A stretch of 64,000 nucleotides of DNA from Ignavibacteria bacterium (GCA_014654705.1 JACVZY010000095.1:5045-69044), one strand, 5' to 3'; positions 9,705-20,290 are shown, counted from the first letter of the stretch. Notes: a model not told the origin generated them from the sequence alone. Numbers and translations: made by a program.

Positions 9705-11009
9705 TTACGATTCTTCCAATTCTGCTGCCTGCTTTTTTTTCTTGAAGGGGCGAACTATCAATCGCGTCCCTCGGTCATAGCTGAGATAATTCCAAACCCA
9801 GTTCGTTAATACAATAAGTTTATTGCGGAAGCCGACGAGCATAAGCAAGTGCAGCCCTAGCCACGCTACCCACGCAAGCCAGCCTTGGAAGCGCACTTTG
9901 TGGATGTCCACGACCGCCTTGTTGCGCCCGACGGTCGCCATCGAGCCTTTGTCGAAATAGCGGAATGCTTCCAATTCCTGTCCCGCAAGCAATTTCGGAA
10001 AATTACGTGCCAAAAGCTGCCCTTGCTGCATTGCCACAGGCGCAACCATCGGATGCCCGTTCGGAAAGCGTTCATCGGTGCCGGGCATAGCGGCTACGTC
10101 GCCGATAGCAAAGATATTCGTGTGTCCTTCCACACGATTATACGCATCCACTTTGATACGATTTCCACGCTGAATCACGCTTTTGTCCAAGCCCTGCGGC
10201 ATTTCGCCAACTACGCCCGCCGCCCAAATAAGCGTCTTGGAGGTAATTGCCGAACCATCTTGGAGTTTAATTGCCGAGCCGTCGTAATCCTTCACCGCTG
10301 CGCCCAAAAGCACGTTCACGCCGAGTTGCTGCAAGAACTGAACCGCTTTTTCGCCAGCCACATCGGACATTCCGTTCAAGAGCCGTGGCGAGGCTTCGAG
10401 CAGGTAAATTCGCATCAGGCGCAAATCCAGTTCGGGAAAATCGTGCTGCAAGACGTGTTTTTTGAGTTCCGCCAGAGCGCCTGCCGTTTCTACGCCCGTC
10501 GGACCGCCACCCACGACCACAAAGGTCATCAGTTCCTGGCGCTCTTTTGTGTCGTCAGTCAGCGTCGCTTCCTCAAACGCTTGTAAAATGGTGCTGCGAA
10601 GATTGAGCGCTTCCGAGACACTTTTCATGGGCATTGCATTATCGGCAACGGTTTTCATACCGAAGAAATTGGTCGTGCTACCGCTTGCGAAGACGAGATA
10701 ATCGTACTCAAGCTCTCCAATGCTTGTTTCTATAGTTTTTGTTTCGGGAATAATGCGCTGCACTTCGCCCCAACGGAAAAACATATTGCGTTGCTTTTTG
10801 AAGACTTTGCGAAGCGGGAAAGCGATAGAATCCGGCTCCAAACCAGCTGTGGAGACTTGATACAATAAGGGCTGAAAGGTGTGGTAGTTATTGCGGTCGA
10901 AAAGGACAACCTGCACCGGCGCTTTGGCAAGCAACCGCGCAAGCTGAATCCCACCAAAGCCGCCACCGACAATGACGACGCGGGGTTTATCTGTTTTGGG
11001 GATGTTCAT
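9705..11009 (-). CDS. ndh: Type II NADH dehydrogenase (NDH-2), an FAD-dependent pyridine nucleotide-disulfide oxidoreductase
   Basis: It has two Rossmann GxGxxG motifs (VVIVGGGFGGIQLA and FVVVGGGPTGVE). The start was chosen at MNIPKTDK (11009); the ORF extends to 11102. Confidence 0.8.
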   Translation of the reverse strand: MNIPKTDKPRVVIVGGGFGGIQLARLLAKAPVQVVLFDRNNYHTFQPLLYQVSTAGLEPDSIAFPLRKVFKKQRNMFFRWGEVQRIIPETKTIETSIGELEYDYLVFASGSTTNFFGMKTVADNAMPMKSVSEALNLRSTILQAFEEATLTDDTKERQELMTFVVVGGGPTGVETAGALAELKKHVLQHDFPELDLRLMRIYLLEASPRLLNGMSDVAGEKAVQFLQQLGVNVLLGAAVKDYDGSAIKLQDGSAITSKTLIWAAGVVGEMPQGLDKSVIQRGNRIKVDAYNRVEGHTNIFAIGDVAAMPGTDERFPNGHPMVAPVAMQQGQLLARNFPKLLAGQELEAFRYFDKGSMATVGRNKAVVDIHKVRFQGWLAWVAWLGLHLLMLVGFRNKLIVLTNWVWNYLSYDRGTRLIVRPFKKKKQAAELEES

Positions 11010-11111
11010 GGTACAACCAATGCAAAAAGGTACAATCGTGATTTTGATGATAAGACGGGTAAACAATCGAATTTGTGACAAGAATTTTTCCCGTGCAGGC
11101 AAAAGTCCAAG

Positions 11112-12338
11112 CTATGCGGGTCTTGGTATGTTTTTTGAAGCGAGCAGCGAATCATAAAAGCGAATCTGCTGCGCGGCTATGCCCTCCCATGTGTAGCGCT
11201 CCAGCGCAATACGACGTGCTTCTTCGCCTAAACGCTTCTTTAACGCAGGATTTGCAAGCAACATACCGATTTTTTCAACAAATTCTTCGGGTGTTTCAGC
11301 AAAGAGGATGCTCTCACCGTCTCGTACTGCAATGCCTTCCGCACCGATGCGCGTGGATACAATCGGCATTCCGAGCGCCATTGCTTCCACGATTTTGAGA
11401 CGCATACCGCCACCGCTCAGAAGCGGTACGATGAGTATTTCGTGCGACTGCATAAACACCGGTGCGGACGGCACGTCGGGATGCGTGAAGACGCTTTGTT
11501 GCTGCCCGTATTCCAGTATCTCCGGCGACATCCGTTTTCCGGCAAGATGAAATTCCACGTCAGGAAGTTTTTCACGTACAAGTGGCATCACATCACGGAC
11601 GAACCACTGCATTGCTTCGATATTTGGCATCCAGTCCATACCGCCAATATAGCAAATAGTGTTTGGTTTGGGTGAAATGGTAGGATTTGGCGCAAAATCT
11701 CGGACATCAGCACCTGCCGGAATCACTTCCATTGCGCCGTCGTAGCCCATAGCGCGTATCTGTGCGGCATCCTCTGGCGTGATAGCGATAACGCCGTCGC
11801 ACTCAGCAAAGAAGCGCTTCTCAAATGCCTTCATGCGCTCCGCGGCATAGCGGCGATACCAACGGCGCAAGAGCATCGTTTCATGCTTGGCAAGACGCTC
11901 TTGAATCATATACTCAACGTTGTGCGTTCTCAGCACCACGAGTGGACGCTCTGGTAAATGCTGACGAATTGTGCGGGCGTACCAGGCAACAAGCGTGTGG
12001 TCAATATGCACCACATCCACAGGCGTTGAGCGGAGCGTGCGCAAGAGCAATTCCTCCAATGGCTTGGAATAGAAACGACTCGTAATATACGATTCGCCGC
12101 GAAGAGCGCTCCAAAGCGCACCCGCAGCTGTGATGTCGGTATTGACATCAACGGTTTGAATACTCGTGCAAACCTCACGCAAGACTTCGGGCGGCTGGTA
12201 ATGCTTTTTGGTATTGAGCGCCAGCACGTGTAGTTCGTGCCCGGCACGGTGCAGGTATTTGAGCGTGTTGTAGGTGAGAATCGCCCCGCCGTCGGTGGGT
12301 GGATAGGGAATGCGGGAGAGAATGGCGAGGATGCGCAT
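11112..12338 (-). CDS. Glycosyltransferase family 4 (GT-B, group 1)
   Basis: MRILAILSRIPYPPTDGGA is a typical GT4 N-terminus. The C-terminal domain carries an E..E-type motif. Confidence 0.75.
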   Translation of the reverse strand: MRILAILSRIPYPPTDGGAILTYNTLKYLHRAGHELHVLALNTKKHYQPPEVLREVCTSIQTVDVNTDITAAGALWSALRGESYITSRFYSKPLEELLLRTLRSTPVDVVHIDHTLVAWYARTIRQHLPERPLVVLRTHNVEYMIQERLAKHETMLLRRWYRRYAAERMKAFEKRFFAECDGVIAITPEDAAQIRAMGYDGAMEVIPAGADVRDFAPNPTISPKPNTICYIGGMDWMPNIEAMQWFVRDVMPLVREKLPDVEFHLAGKRMSPEILEYGQQQSVFTHPDVPSAPVFMQSHEILIVPLLSGGGMRLKIVEAMALGMPIVSTRIGAEGIAVRDGESILFAETPEEFVEKIGMLLANPALKKRLGEEARRIALERYTWEGIAAQQIRFYDSLLASKNIPRPA

Positions 12339-12427
12339 GGCGCTTTACGGTTTTTGTTATCGTCGCAAGGCAGTTACTTCAGATAAAAACTGGCAATGGT
12401 TTTTATCCGAAGGAACGTTAGCATATC

Positions 12428-13027
12428 TTACGGCTTAAATGATAGAAGTGAGAAACTAGCGGACTCATATCTACCGCCAGCAAAGCAGTTAGTTAAGCCA
12501 ATTTTCTTGATCAAAACTCCATTGCCCGACAAGATTGTATCGCTTTTATCCGATAAATCGAATATTTGGAAATCAAAAGGGGAAATCGCTTTGTAAGAGA
12601 TGCTTAATATTCTTGAAGAAATTCCAACAACAAGTGTATCTGTGCGATAAGAGTAAAAATTGTATTGGTTAGATACCCATCCCGCGTAGGATGTTAATGT
12701 TTCAGTATAGCTATCCGTTGTATCTCGAACGATGCTCTGCAAAACGCAATATGTAGAATCAGGGTTTACGCTCTGGATGCGTTTTATTGACCATCGCTGA
12801 TAACCTGTAACATAAGTTCTACGCCAGACATAACCCAGAGGTAATGTTGAGGAGCGCGGTCCGTCGTTAGACGAAGATTTCCACCTATATTCCCATTGAG
12901 CAGTTGTGTTTGAGGGAAAATAGGGAGAAATATCTAATGTGCGTTGTGGAGGACTAAGTATATCACAGGCAATACAAAATACTGCTGTGAAACAAAGGGC
13001 GGCAATATGCAAGAATCGTGCAAACAT
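12428..13027 (-). CDS. Hypothetical lipoprotein in a low-GC island
   Basis: The signal peptide MFARFLHIAALCFTAVFCIAC carries a Cys lipobox. No recognisable domain was found. Local GC is roughly 40% against roughly 52% in the flanks. Confidence 0.5.
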   Translation of the reverse strand: MFARFLHIAALCFTAVFCIACDILSPPQRTLDISPYFPSNTTAQWEYRWKSSSNDGPRSSTLPLGYVWRRTYVTGYQRWSIKRIQSVNPDSTYCVLQSIVRDTTDSYTETLTSYAGWVSNQYNFYSYRTDTLVVGISSRILSISYKAISPFDFQIFDLSDKSDTILSGNGVLIKKIGLTNCFAGGRYESASFSLLSFKP

Positions 13028-13243
13028 ATAGTAGATATTATACAGATGAAATATATTACTGGCTTCGGCGGCACAGACTGAGCACCGCGCTCACCTGCCT
13101 GTGCAAGCATTGATGCGGCGCTGCGGTCATTTCGCACAGACCAGAATGCCTGTGCCGCGAAAGCTAGATTTTATGCACTCTTTAAGCTGTTTACCGTATC
13201 AGAATAGCTAATCCGTATAATGTCTAGTTAATGTTGCTAAATT

Positions 13244-14125
13244 TTACTCTACATTCTGAATCTGCTCACGGAGGCGCTCCAAATCTTCCTTTGCACCGAC
13301 TACTACTTGTGCAATCGTTGCGTCATTTGCTTTTGAACCCATCGTGTTGATTTCGCGGTTCATTTCTTGCAGCAGGAAGTTGATTTTGCGACCCGCTTGG
13401 TCTTTGTCTTTCAGCGCTTCGTAGAAGAATTTGATGTGGCTGCGCATACGAACACATTCTTCCGAAATGTCGTATTTATCGGCAAGCAGCACGATTTCCA
13501 TTTCGAGGCGCTGCATATCAATTTCATCGCTCTCAAAGATTTTTGCCACTTTTTCGCGCAAACGCTGGCGTTCTTGCGGGATGCGTTCTTGTGCCAGTTT
13601 TTCGATTTTGTCCACGTTCTTTTCGATATTCTTCATCACGTTGTGCAGATCGCGGCTGAGTTCGCGCCCTTCTTGCTGACGCATGATGTTCAGCTTGTCC
13701 AGTGCCATCGTGAGCGCTTTGGCGATAAGGAGCCACTCTTTTTCGCCGCTATCGTCGGAGTCGTTGCTTTTGAAAATATCGGTAAAGCGGGCAATGTCCT
13801 CAAGGCGAACAGCGTCCTTGATTTTAAGCCGCTTGCGGACTTCTTGAAGTTCATTGTAATATGCCTCGGCGAGGTCAAGATTAGCCTTGACAGGCGTAGA
13901 TTCTGCGCCCGGACCGTACTCTATCGAAATGACGATGTTGACTTTGCCGCGTGAGAGTTTGCCTTTGACAATCTCGCGCATTTCAAAATCTTTGAAATAA
14001 AATTTCTTGGGAAGATTCGAGAAAATCTCCAAAAAACGGCTATTCAAACTGCGTGCTTCCACGCTGACGCTTACGCCGTTACTGGTTGCTTCGCCTGTGC
14101 CGAAGCCGGTCATGCTGGTAATCAT
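13244..14125 (-). CDS. yicC: YicC-family stress-induced protein (UPF0701)
   Basis: The N-terminus MITSMTGFGTGEA matches YicC MIRSMTAYARRE. The protein is 293 aa with a C-terminal coiled-coil DUF1732 region. The ORF extends 20 codons further upstream. Confidence 0.8.
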   Translation of the reverse strand: MITSMTGFGTGEATSNGVSVSVEARSLNSRFLEIFSNLPKKFYFKDFEMREIVKGKLSRGKVNIVISIEYGPGAESTPVKANLDLAEAYYNELQEVRKRLKIKDAVRLEDIARFTDIFKSNDSDDSGEKEWLLIAKALTMALDKLNIMRQQEGRELSRDLHNVMKNIEKNVDKIEKLAQERIPQERQRLREKVAKIFESDEIDMQRLEMEIVLLADKYDISEECVRMRSHIKFFYEALKDKDQAGRKINFLLQEMNREINTMGSKANDATIAQVVVGAKEDLERLREQIQNVE

Positions 14126-14188
14126 TCTGTGCCGATTAGGATGTGAAAGAGTAATTGTACAATGGCGAAAATACGAATCTTCCAACGA

Positions 14189-15439
14189 TTAGGAAAGGCT
14201 TTCTTGGGAAACAGGTTCTTCGGGAGTGCTTTCTGTCGGAATAACTTCATCGTCGCGGACGCGTCGCGAACCCGCATAGAGTTCATACTCCAGCAAACGG
14301 CAATCCACATCAGCATTGTAAAACTCTATGCGGCGTTTTGCTTTTAAGCCGATTTTTTTTGCCAGCTCCATATTTCCTGTGAAAATGTAGCCCGTAAAGC
14401 CCGAACAGCGCTGTTTGAAAAAGTCACCAATGGCTTTGTATGTGGCTTCAAGTTCGGTCTCATCGCCAAGACGCAAGCCGTATTCGGGATTCAGCACGAC
14501 CACCGGTTTCGTCTCTGCAAGTGGCTCCGGTAGCGTCGTTTGGGCAAACTCACATACTTCAAATGTAATAAACTGCTCCACTCCCGCCGCCCGTGCATTG
14601 TGCTGTGCCGCCTGCACCGCTTCCTCACTGATGTCGCTGGCAATAATGGGAAAAGAAAGTTCGGTACGCACAGCAGCACGGGCTTTGTCTTGAAGTGTTT
14701 TCCACGTTTTTCGTGCTTGGTGGTCATACCCCAGAATGTGCATAAAACCGAAGTTCTCGCGCAAAAGTCCCGGCGCTTGTCCCAGAGCAACGTGCGCAGC
14801 TTCGATAGCTAACGTACCGCTTCCGCACATTGGGTTCACAAAGGCAGATGATTTATCCCAGCGTGTCGCCATTACTGCCGCTGCCGCAAGGCTTTCGCGC
14901 ATTGGCGCTTTCCACGGCATCGTTCGGTAGCCGCGCTGCGAGAGTGGTTCACCCGACGTGTCGAGATAAATGTAACATTCACGGTCTTTCCAGTAAAGAA
15001 ACACCACCGCGCGACTTGTATCGGAGCCGGAATCAGGGCGTTTGCCACGTTTTTTGCGGATGCGGTCAACAATCGCGTCTTTACATTTTACGTTAGCAAA
15101 AAGGCTGTTATTGATGCTTTCGGTATCCACTGCTGAAATTACGCTCAGGTAACCGTCGTCGGGGATAATGGCTTCCCAATCAATCGTCATCAGGCTTTTG
15201 TAGAGGTCGTCCGGCGAATGAAGATAAAATTTTTGTATCTGAAAAAGAACCCGGTGCCCCGTGCGAATGTGCAAATTCAGCCGCATTGCGTCAGCAAAGG
15301 TTCCTTCGGTAGTAATGCCCGCCGGTGCTTCTTCCAGCACGGTGAAGCCCAATGCTTCTGTCTCGGCGCGAAGATAGGGTGTGATGCGCTTCGGGCAGGT
15401 GATGAGGATGCGGGTTTTGGTAGAAAAGCGGTTCAGCAT
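14189..15439 (-). CDS. THUMP-domain class I SAM-dependent RNA (guanine-N2) methyltransferase (RlmL/Trm14-like)
   Basis: An N-terminal THUMP region is followed by a methyltransferase core with motif I (PMCGSGTLAIEAA) and motif IV NPEYG (the N/D-PPY variant). The listed ORF begins at a TTG; the first ATG is at 15437-15439. Confidence 0.75.
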   Translation of the reverse strand: MLNRFSTKTRILITCPKRITPYLRAETEALGFTVLEEAPAGITTEGTFADAMRLNLHIRTGHRVLFQIQKFYLHSPDDLYKSLMTIDWEAIIPDDGYLSVISAVDTESINNSLFANVKCKDAIVDRIRKKRGKRPDSGSDTSRAVVFLYWKDRECYIYLDTSGEPLSQRGYRTMPWKAPMRESLAAAAVMATRWDKSSAFVNPMCGSGTLAIEAAHVALGQAPGLLRENFGFMHILGYDHQARKTWKTLQDKARAAVRTELSFPIIASDISEEAVQAAQHNARAAGVEQFITFEVCEFAQTTLPEPLAETKPVVVLNPEYGLRLGDETELEATYKAIGDFFKQRCSGFTGYIFTGNMELAKKIGLKAKRRIEFYNADVDCRLLEYELYAGSRRVRDDEVIPTESTPEEPVSQESLS

Positions 15440-15475
15440 GGTAAAGGTCAATGATGGTAATCAGTGTAAAAAAGT

Positions 15476-16375
15476 TTATCCTCGAAATCCGAGCATTCCC
15501 AGAGTGGGCTTCATTGCGCGGTTATGCGTTGCGCTGCGTTTTGTGAGTTCACTGGCAAAGTTGGTAAAATCATCTTTCATCAAGCCGTAGCGCCCGATAT
15601 TGCTGCCGTCGCGCTTATTGCCGCCATGAAAATCCGAGCCGCCGGTCGTGAGCAAACCGTACTGTTCGGCGAGCAGCGCATACAAGCGGCAAACGTCGGT
15701 GTCATGCGAAGGATGATGCAACTCCACGCCATCCAAACCTGCTTCCAGCATGGTCTCGAATTGCTCTCCCGAGATGACTTTTGCCGGATGTGCCACGACA
15801 GCCACGCCGCCCGCATCATGAATAAGCTGAATAGCATCTTTCACGGGAAATTCCCATTTAGCACTAAACGCAATGGCATCATCTGCCAAGTATTTATCGA
15901 ATGCCTCGCGAGTGGTGCGCACGATTCCTCTTTTTTGCATCGCCAGCGCAATATGCTGTCGTCCGATAACGCCTTCGCCCGCGATTTCGCGGACATCGCG
16001 TATCGTTAATTTTTTAATGCCAAGTTCGCGCAGCCGAGCAATAATACGCTCCGCACGTTCATTGCGATAGGTGCGTGCACGATGGGCATAGTCCAAAAGA
16101 GCATGGTTGCTTGTGTCCACAGCATAGCCGAGGATGTGAATTTCTCGCCCTTCCAAGGTTGCACTTATTTCAATGCCGCTTGTAAACCACATTTTGCGCT
16201 CTTTAGCAGCAGCGCGGGCTTCTTCTACACCCGCTACGGTGTCATGGTCGGTAATGGCAATGGCTTTCACGCCACGCTCAAAGGCACGCTGCACGAGGGC
16301 ATTTGGCGCAAGAGAGCCATCGGAGGCAGTAGTGTGCGTGTGCAAATCAGCATGAATAGTTCCGCGTTGAGGCAT
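15476..16375 (-). CDS. PHP-domain phosphoesterase (TrpH/YciV-like)
   Basis: HADLHTHTTASDG is the PHP motif I. Downstream His and Asp ligands are present. Confidence 0.75.
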   Translation of the reverse strand: MPQRGTIHADLHTHTTASDGSLAPNALVQRAFERGVKAIAITDHDTVAGVEEARAAAKERKMWFTSGIEISATLEGREIHILGYAVDTSNHALLDYAHRARTYRNERAERIIARLRELGIKKLTIRDVREIAGEGVIGRQHIALAMQKRGIVRTTREAFDKYLADDAIAFSAKWEFPVKDAIQLIHDAGGVAVVAHPAKVISGEQFETMLEAGLDGVELHHPSHDTDVCRLYALLAEQYGLLTTGGSDFHGGNKRDGSNIGRYGLMKDDFTNFASELTKRSATHNRAMKPTLGMLGFRG

Positions 16376-16478
16376 AGCTTGTAAAAAAAATCTGCCGGAA
16401 GACGCTTTATCGCTGGCTTCCGGCAGATGAATTGATTGTGCAATTCAGAAATAATACAGAAACAGAGAGAAGATTATG

Positions 16479-17975
16479 TTAGTTCTTGCTCGGTTCATTT
16501 TGGATTTTGCTATGTTTTGCTCCATAGAAGAAATACACTGCAATACCAATAACCATCCACCCAATGAGAAGTACCCACGCAAAGCTATTCACAAATGCCA
16601 TACAGCCAAGGCAAGCAATAATACCCGCAACAGGGATGTACGGTGAGAATGGTGTCTTGAAGGGGCGATCCATTGTGGAGTGGGTACGGCGGAGAATAAT
16701 GACCGCCAAGCAAACCATTGCAAACGCAAGAAGTGTGCCGAGCGAAACCAATTTAGACAAAATACCAATCGGGAAGACTGCAGCAAGTAGCATTGCAACG
16801 CCACCGGTGATAATAGTCGAAATATACGGTGTTTTGAATTTCGGATGCACTTTTGAGAATGCGGGAGGGAGCAAGCCATCGTTTGCCATAGAAAAGAAAA
16901 TACGTGGTTGTCCCAAGAGCATGACCAGCACAACCGAACTCAAGCCTGCAATAGCGCCAAGTTTGATAATTGGCGAAAGCCATGTTAAGCCTGTTGCATC
17001 AATACCAACGGCAATCGGGTCAGGAACTGCCAATTGCGGAAACGGTACAATACCGGTCAATACAAGCCCGACGGCAATGTAGAGAATTGTACAAATGATC
17101 AATGATCCTAAAATGCCGATTGGCAAATCGCGCTGTGGATTTTTCGCCTCTTGCGCAGCCGTCGAAACGGCGTCAAAACCGATGTAGGCGAAGAAAATTA
17201 CCGCTGCTCCACGGAAAATACCTGTATAACCGAAATGCCCGAAGTCGCTTGAGGTCAAAAATGACCACAAACCATTGTCAAGCGTACCCTTGTTTTCGGG
17301 TATGAACGGTACCCAATTTGCCGTATTCACATACGATACGCCGGCAATAAGGAACATAAGAATTGCCGTTGTTTTGATAGCAACAATGATATTGTTAAAA
17401 CGCGCAGATTCTTGAACACCGATAACAAGAATTGTCGTTACAATAGCGACGATAGCCATTGCGGGTAAGTTGACAATCGCACCTGTTGTATGAAAGCGCA
17501 ATACATCGTCGTAGGCAAAAGGAGCGCTCGTCAGAGCAGGCGGAATGACAATCCCCAAAGGTTTGAGGAAACTCACGATATATCCCGACCAACCCACCGA
17601 TACTGTGGAAGCAGCAAAAAGATATTCGATAATCAAGTCCCAGCCGATAATCCAAGCAAAGAACTCGCCCACCGTCGCGTATGAGTATGTGTACACACTT
17701 CCCGCGACCGGTATCATGGATGCAAGTTCTGCATAGCACAATCCGGCGCAAGCGCAGGCAAATGCTGCGATGACAAACGAAATGGTAATTGCCGGACCCG
17801 CATACTGCGAAGCCACTTCACCCGTCAACACAAATATACCAGCACCGATAATTGCACCGATACCCAGCAAAATAAGGTTTACTGCACCCAACGAACGCTT
17901 CAGTCCACCCTCATGCGAGGCGTTTGCGGTCTTGATGAGTTCAGCTAGATTTTTTCGAGCGGTAAGGTTTGCCAT
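16479..17975 (-). CDS. APC-superfamily amino acid permease
   Basis: The protein has 12 or more TM segments. The N-terminal GAVNLILLGIGAIIGAGIF(V) is an amino-acid permease signature. Confidence 0.8.
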   Translation of the reverse strand: MANLTARKNLAELIKTANASHEGGLKRSLGAVNLILLGIGAIIGAGIFVLTGEVASQYAGPAITISFVIAAFACACAGLCYAELASMIPVAGSVYTYSYATVGEFFAWIIGWDLIIEYLFAASTVSVGWSGYIVSFLKPLGIVIPPALTSAPFAYDDVLRFHTTGAIVNLPAMAIVAIVTTILVIGVQESARFNNIIVAIKTTAILMFLIAGVSYVNTANWVPFIPENKGTLDNGLWSFLTSSDFGHFGYTGIFRGAAVIFFAYIGFDAVSTAAQEAKNPQRDLPIGILGSLIICTILYIAVGLVLTGIVPFPQLAVPDPIAVGIDATGLTWLSPIIKLGAIAGLSSVVLVMLLGQPRIFFSMANDGLLPPAFSKVHPKFKTPYISTIITGGVAMLLAAVFPIGILSKLVSLGTLLAFAMVCLAVIILRRTHSTMDRPFKTPFSPYIPVAGIIACLGCMAFVNSFAWVLLIGWMVIGIAVYFFYGAKHSKIQNEPSKN

Positions 17976-18135
17976 TACCCGTCTCCTCTCTAAATGGAAA
18001 AAGTTATGAAACTATTGATAGAACACACGGATTATTCACGTTTTTGAATTTTGATTGATAGGTTTTGAAGGTCAACGCGCGGAATTGAGTATTCACCACT
18101 CGAAATCTTTCGAGTTCATGGTAGCTCAAGAGCAT

Positions 18136-19176
18136 TTAGCTAAAACTGCCGCCGCCACCGGATTCTTCGCGTTGACGCTTGCGGCGACGCAAGAACCACC
18201 ACGTTCCGGCACCGCCGGCAATGACTACAAACCAAATAAAGCCGTTTCCGCTGGATTTGCTTTTTTCACGTTCTTGGCGTTCACGGAGTTCTTCTTCTGC
18301 TTTAATGCGGTCTTCTTCGGTTTTATCTTTTACGCCGAGTGCTTCATTGCTCAAAACAACGGTCGAATCAACTCCGGCAGGCATATAGGTTGTATCGCGT
18401 ACGCCACCTTTTTCGCGTTCAAGCTGAGCGACGCGGGCTTCCAATTCGCGAAGTCGCTGTGCTGCTTGTGGGTCGGATTGGGCTGCTGTTTGCATATCGG
18501 TTCGATATGCCATCATGCTAGGCGTATTCCAATGATTGTAGTAAAACATCGCATTCTGCTGTGCTTGCAAATTCTGAAGCGCCGAAAGCATAAAAAGCGT
18601 GCTAAACATCCCGTAACTGGGGCTTGTGTAGCCGATATACGACGGAGCAACGTAGCCCATACCCGAATAGTAGCTGTTGCGGCGGTTATAAACGTCGTTG
18701 TAGGAGTAGTTGTAGTTGCGCGGAATCATGGCGCTTGAACGGCTATAGCCAACGGCGTTGGAGCTGCCTTTGTAGGAATACGTTTGTCCACCGTAGGTCT
18801 CTTTGCGCGGGATACCATAGCTTTTTGCAGCGGAACTGCCCGATGAGCGGCTTACCGAGGAAGGCGAAGACGAGCGTGACCCGCCAAAAACCGAACCTGA
18901 GCCACTGGAGCGTGACCCGCCAAACGCACCGCCGGAGGAAGACGGTGAAGAAGAGCGTGGCGGTGGTGAATATGATGAGCCACTGGAGCGAGAACCGCCA
19001 AAACTTGACGACGGGCGCGACGAAGGTGTCGGCGAGGAATATGATTTCGAGGGTGAGGAATATGACCGCGACGGCGATGAAGACCGCGAGCCGCCAAAAC
19101 TGCTCCGGCGTTGTGCGAGGGCAGCATCGGCAACAAAAAATGTCAACAATAGTGTCAAGCAAGCAATGAAGCGCAT
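18136..19176 (-). CDS. Secreted, membrane-anchored low-complexity protein (Ser/Arg-rich FGGSRSS repeats, a Q/N/Y-rich segment, a coiled coil and a C-terminal TM)
   Basis: The signal peptide reads [22 protein letters not shown]. It has four FGGSRSS repeats, which are encoded by 17-20-bp DNA repeats. A Y/N/Q-rich stretch follows, then an [16 protein letters not shown] coiled coil and the segment [16 protein letters not shown]. The tail is a basic RRRKRQREE. Confidence 0.5.
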   Translation of the reverse strand: MRFIACLTLLLTFFVADAALAQRRSSFGGSRSSSPSRSYSSPSKSYSSPTPSSRPSSSFGGSRSSGSSYSPPPRSSSPSSSGGAFGGSRSSGSGSVFGGSRSSSPSSVSRSSGSSAAKSYGIPRKETYGGQTYSYKGSSNAVGYSRSSAMIPRNYNYSYNDVYNRRNSYYSGMGYVAPSYIGYTSPSYGMFSTLFMLSALQNLQAQQNAMFYYNHWNTPSMMAYRTDMQTAAQSDPQAAQRLRELEARVAQLEREKGGVRDTTYMPAGVDSTVVLSNEALGVKDKTEEDRIKAEEELRERQEREKSKSSGNGFIWFVVIAGGAGTWWFLRRRKRQREESGGGGSFS

Positions 19177-19270
19177 TACAGCCTCCTGAAAAGGATAGGA
19201 ACAAGGGTTTATCTAAATGTCCAAAAGTCTGCGAATATGCACTAAAGTTGTGTTATTCGCGCCAAAAGAG

Positions 19271-20290
19271 TTACACTTCCGATTCGCGTGCTATTTTTCC
19301 ACTGAGTTGCTGGCTTAACAGCTCAACGTCCGCATCAACCATGATGCGTACAAGGTCTTTGAAGGAAGTTTTCGCCTGCCAGCCAAACGCTTTTTGTGCC
19401 TTGGAAGCGTCACCAATAAGCAAATCTACTTCGGCGGGACGGAAATAGCGCGGGTCAATTTTAACGTGCTTTTCCCAATCCAAACCCGCGTAGGTAAAAG
19501 ATTCTTCGAGAAATTCACGGACGGAGTGCGTTTCGCCGGTGGCAATTACATAATCGTCTGCATCGGGCTGCTGAAGCATCATCCACATTGCTTCCACGTA
19601 TTCTTTTGCATAGCCCCAATCGCGCTTAGCATCAAGATTGCCAAGGTAAAGTGCATCCTGCAAACCTGCTTTGATGCGGGCGATAGCACGTGTAATCTTG
19701 CGAGTAACAAAGGTTTCGCCACGGCGCGGGGATTCGTGATTGAACAAAATTCCATTACAGGCAAACATATTATACGACTCGCGGTAATTCACCGTCAGCC
19801 AATACGCATACACCTTTGCGGCAGCGTAGGGGCTGCGCGGGTAGAACGGCGTAGTTTCATTTTGCGGAACAGCCTGTACCAATCCATACATTTCGCTTGA
19901 GGAGGCTTGGTAAAATTTTGCTTTCACGCCCGTTTCACGAATAGCGTCCAGAAGGCGTAGCGTGCCTAGCCCCGTAACATCACCCGTATATTCGGGGGTG
20001 TCGAAGCTAACGCGGACATGGCTTTGTGCGCCTAAGTGATAGATTTCGTCCGGTGCAACTTTTTCAATCAGGCGGCTCAAGTTTGATGAATCCGAGAGGT
20101 CGCCGTAGTGGAGAAAGAGACGTATTCCTGCGGTGTGCGGGTCATTGTAGATGTGGTCAATCCGTGAGGTATTGAAGGTGGAAGCACGGCGAATAATGCC
20201 ATGAACTTCATAACCTTTTTCCAACAAAAATTCTGCTAAGTAGGAACCGTCTTGTCCGGTGATACCGGTGATAAGTGCTTTTTTTGCCAT
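19271..20290 (-). CDS. gmd: GDP-mannose 4,6-dehydratase
   Basis: [32 protein letters not shown] is followed by the SDR catalytic YxxxK. This is near identity to Gmd over its whole length. Confidence 0.9.
   Translation of the reverse strand: MAKKALITGITGQDGSYLAEFLLEKGYEVHGIIRRASTFNTSRIDHIYNDPHTAGIRLFLHYGDLSDSSNLSRLIEKVAPDEIYHLGAQSHVRVSFDTPEYTGDVTGLGTLRLLDAIRETGVKAKFYQASSSEMYGLVQAVPQNETTPFYPRSPYAAAKVYAYWLTVNYRESYNMFACNGILFNHESPRRGETFVTRKITRAIARIKAGLQDALYLGNLDAKRDWGYAKEYVEAMWMMLQQPDADDYVIATGETHSVREFLEESFTYAGLDWEKHVKIDPRYFRPAEVDLLIGDASKAQKAFGWQAKTSFKDLVRIMVDADVELLSQQLSGKIARESEV

Noticed and set aside
9885-10586. 233-aa plus-strand ORF inside ndh
   Set aside because: It is antisense to an NDH-2 gene with intact FAD/NAD motifs. 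The product is Arg/His-rich with no motifs.
15524-16009. 161-aa plus-strand ORF inside the PHP phosphoesterase gene
   Set aside because: It is antisense to a gene with an intact HxH...PHP motif set.
18055-18738. 227-aa plus-strand ORF and 18624..19169 plus-strand ORF overlapping the Ser/Arg-repeat gene
   Set aside because: They lie opposite a gene with a bona fide signal peptide and TM. The repeats make both strands open. The plus-strand products are Cys/Arg-rich nonsense.
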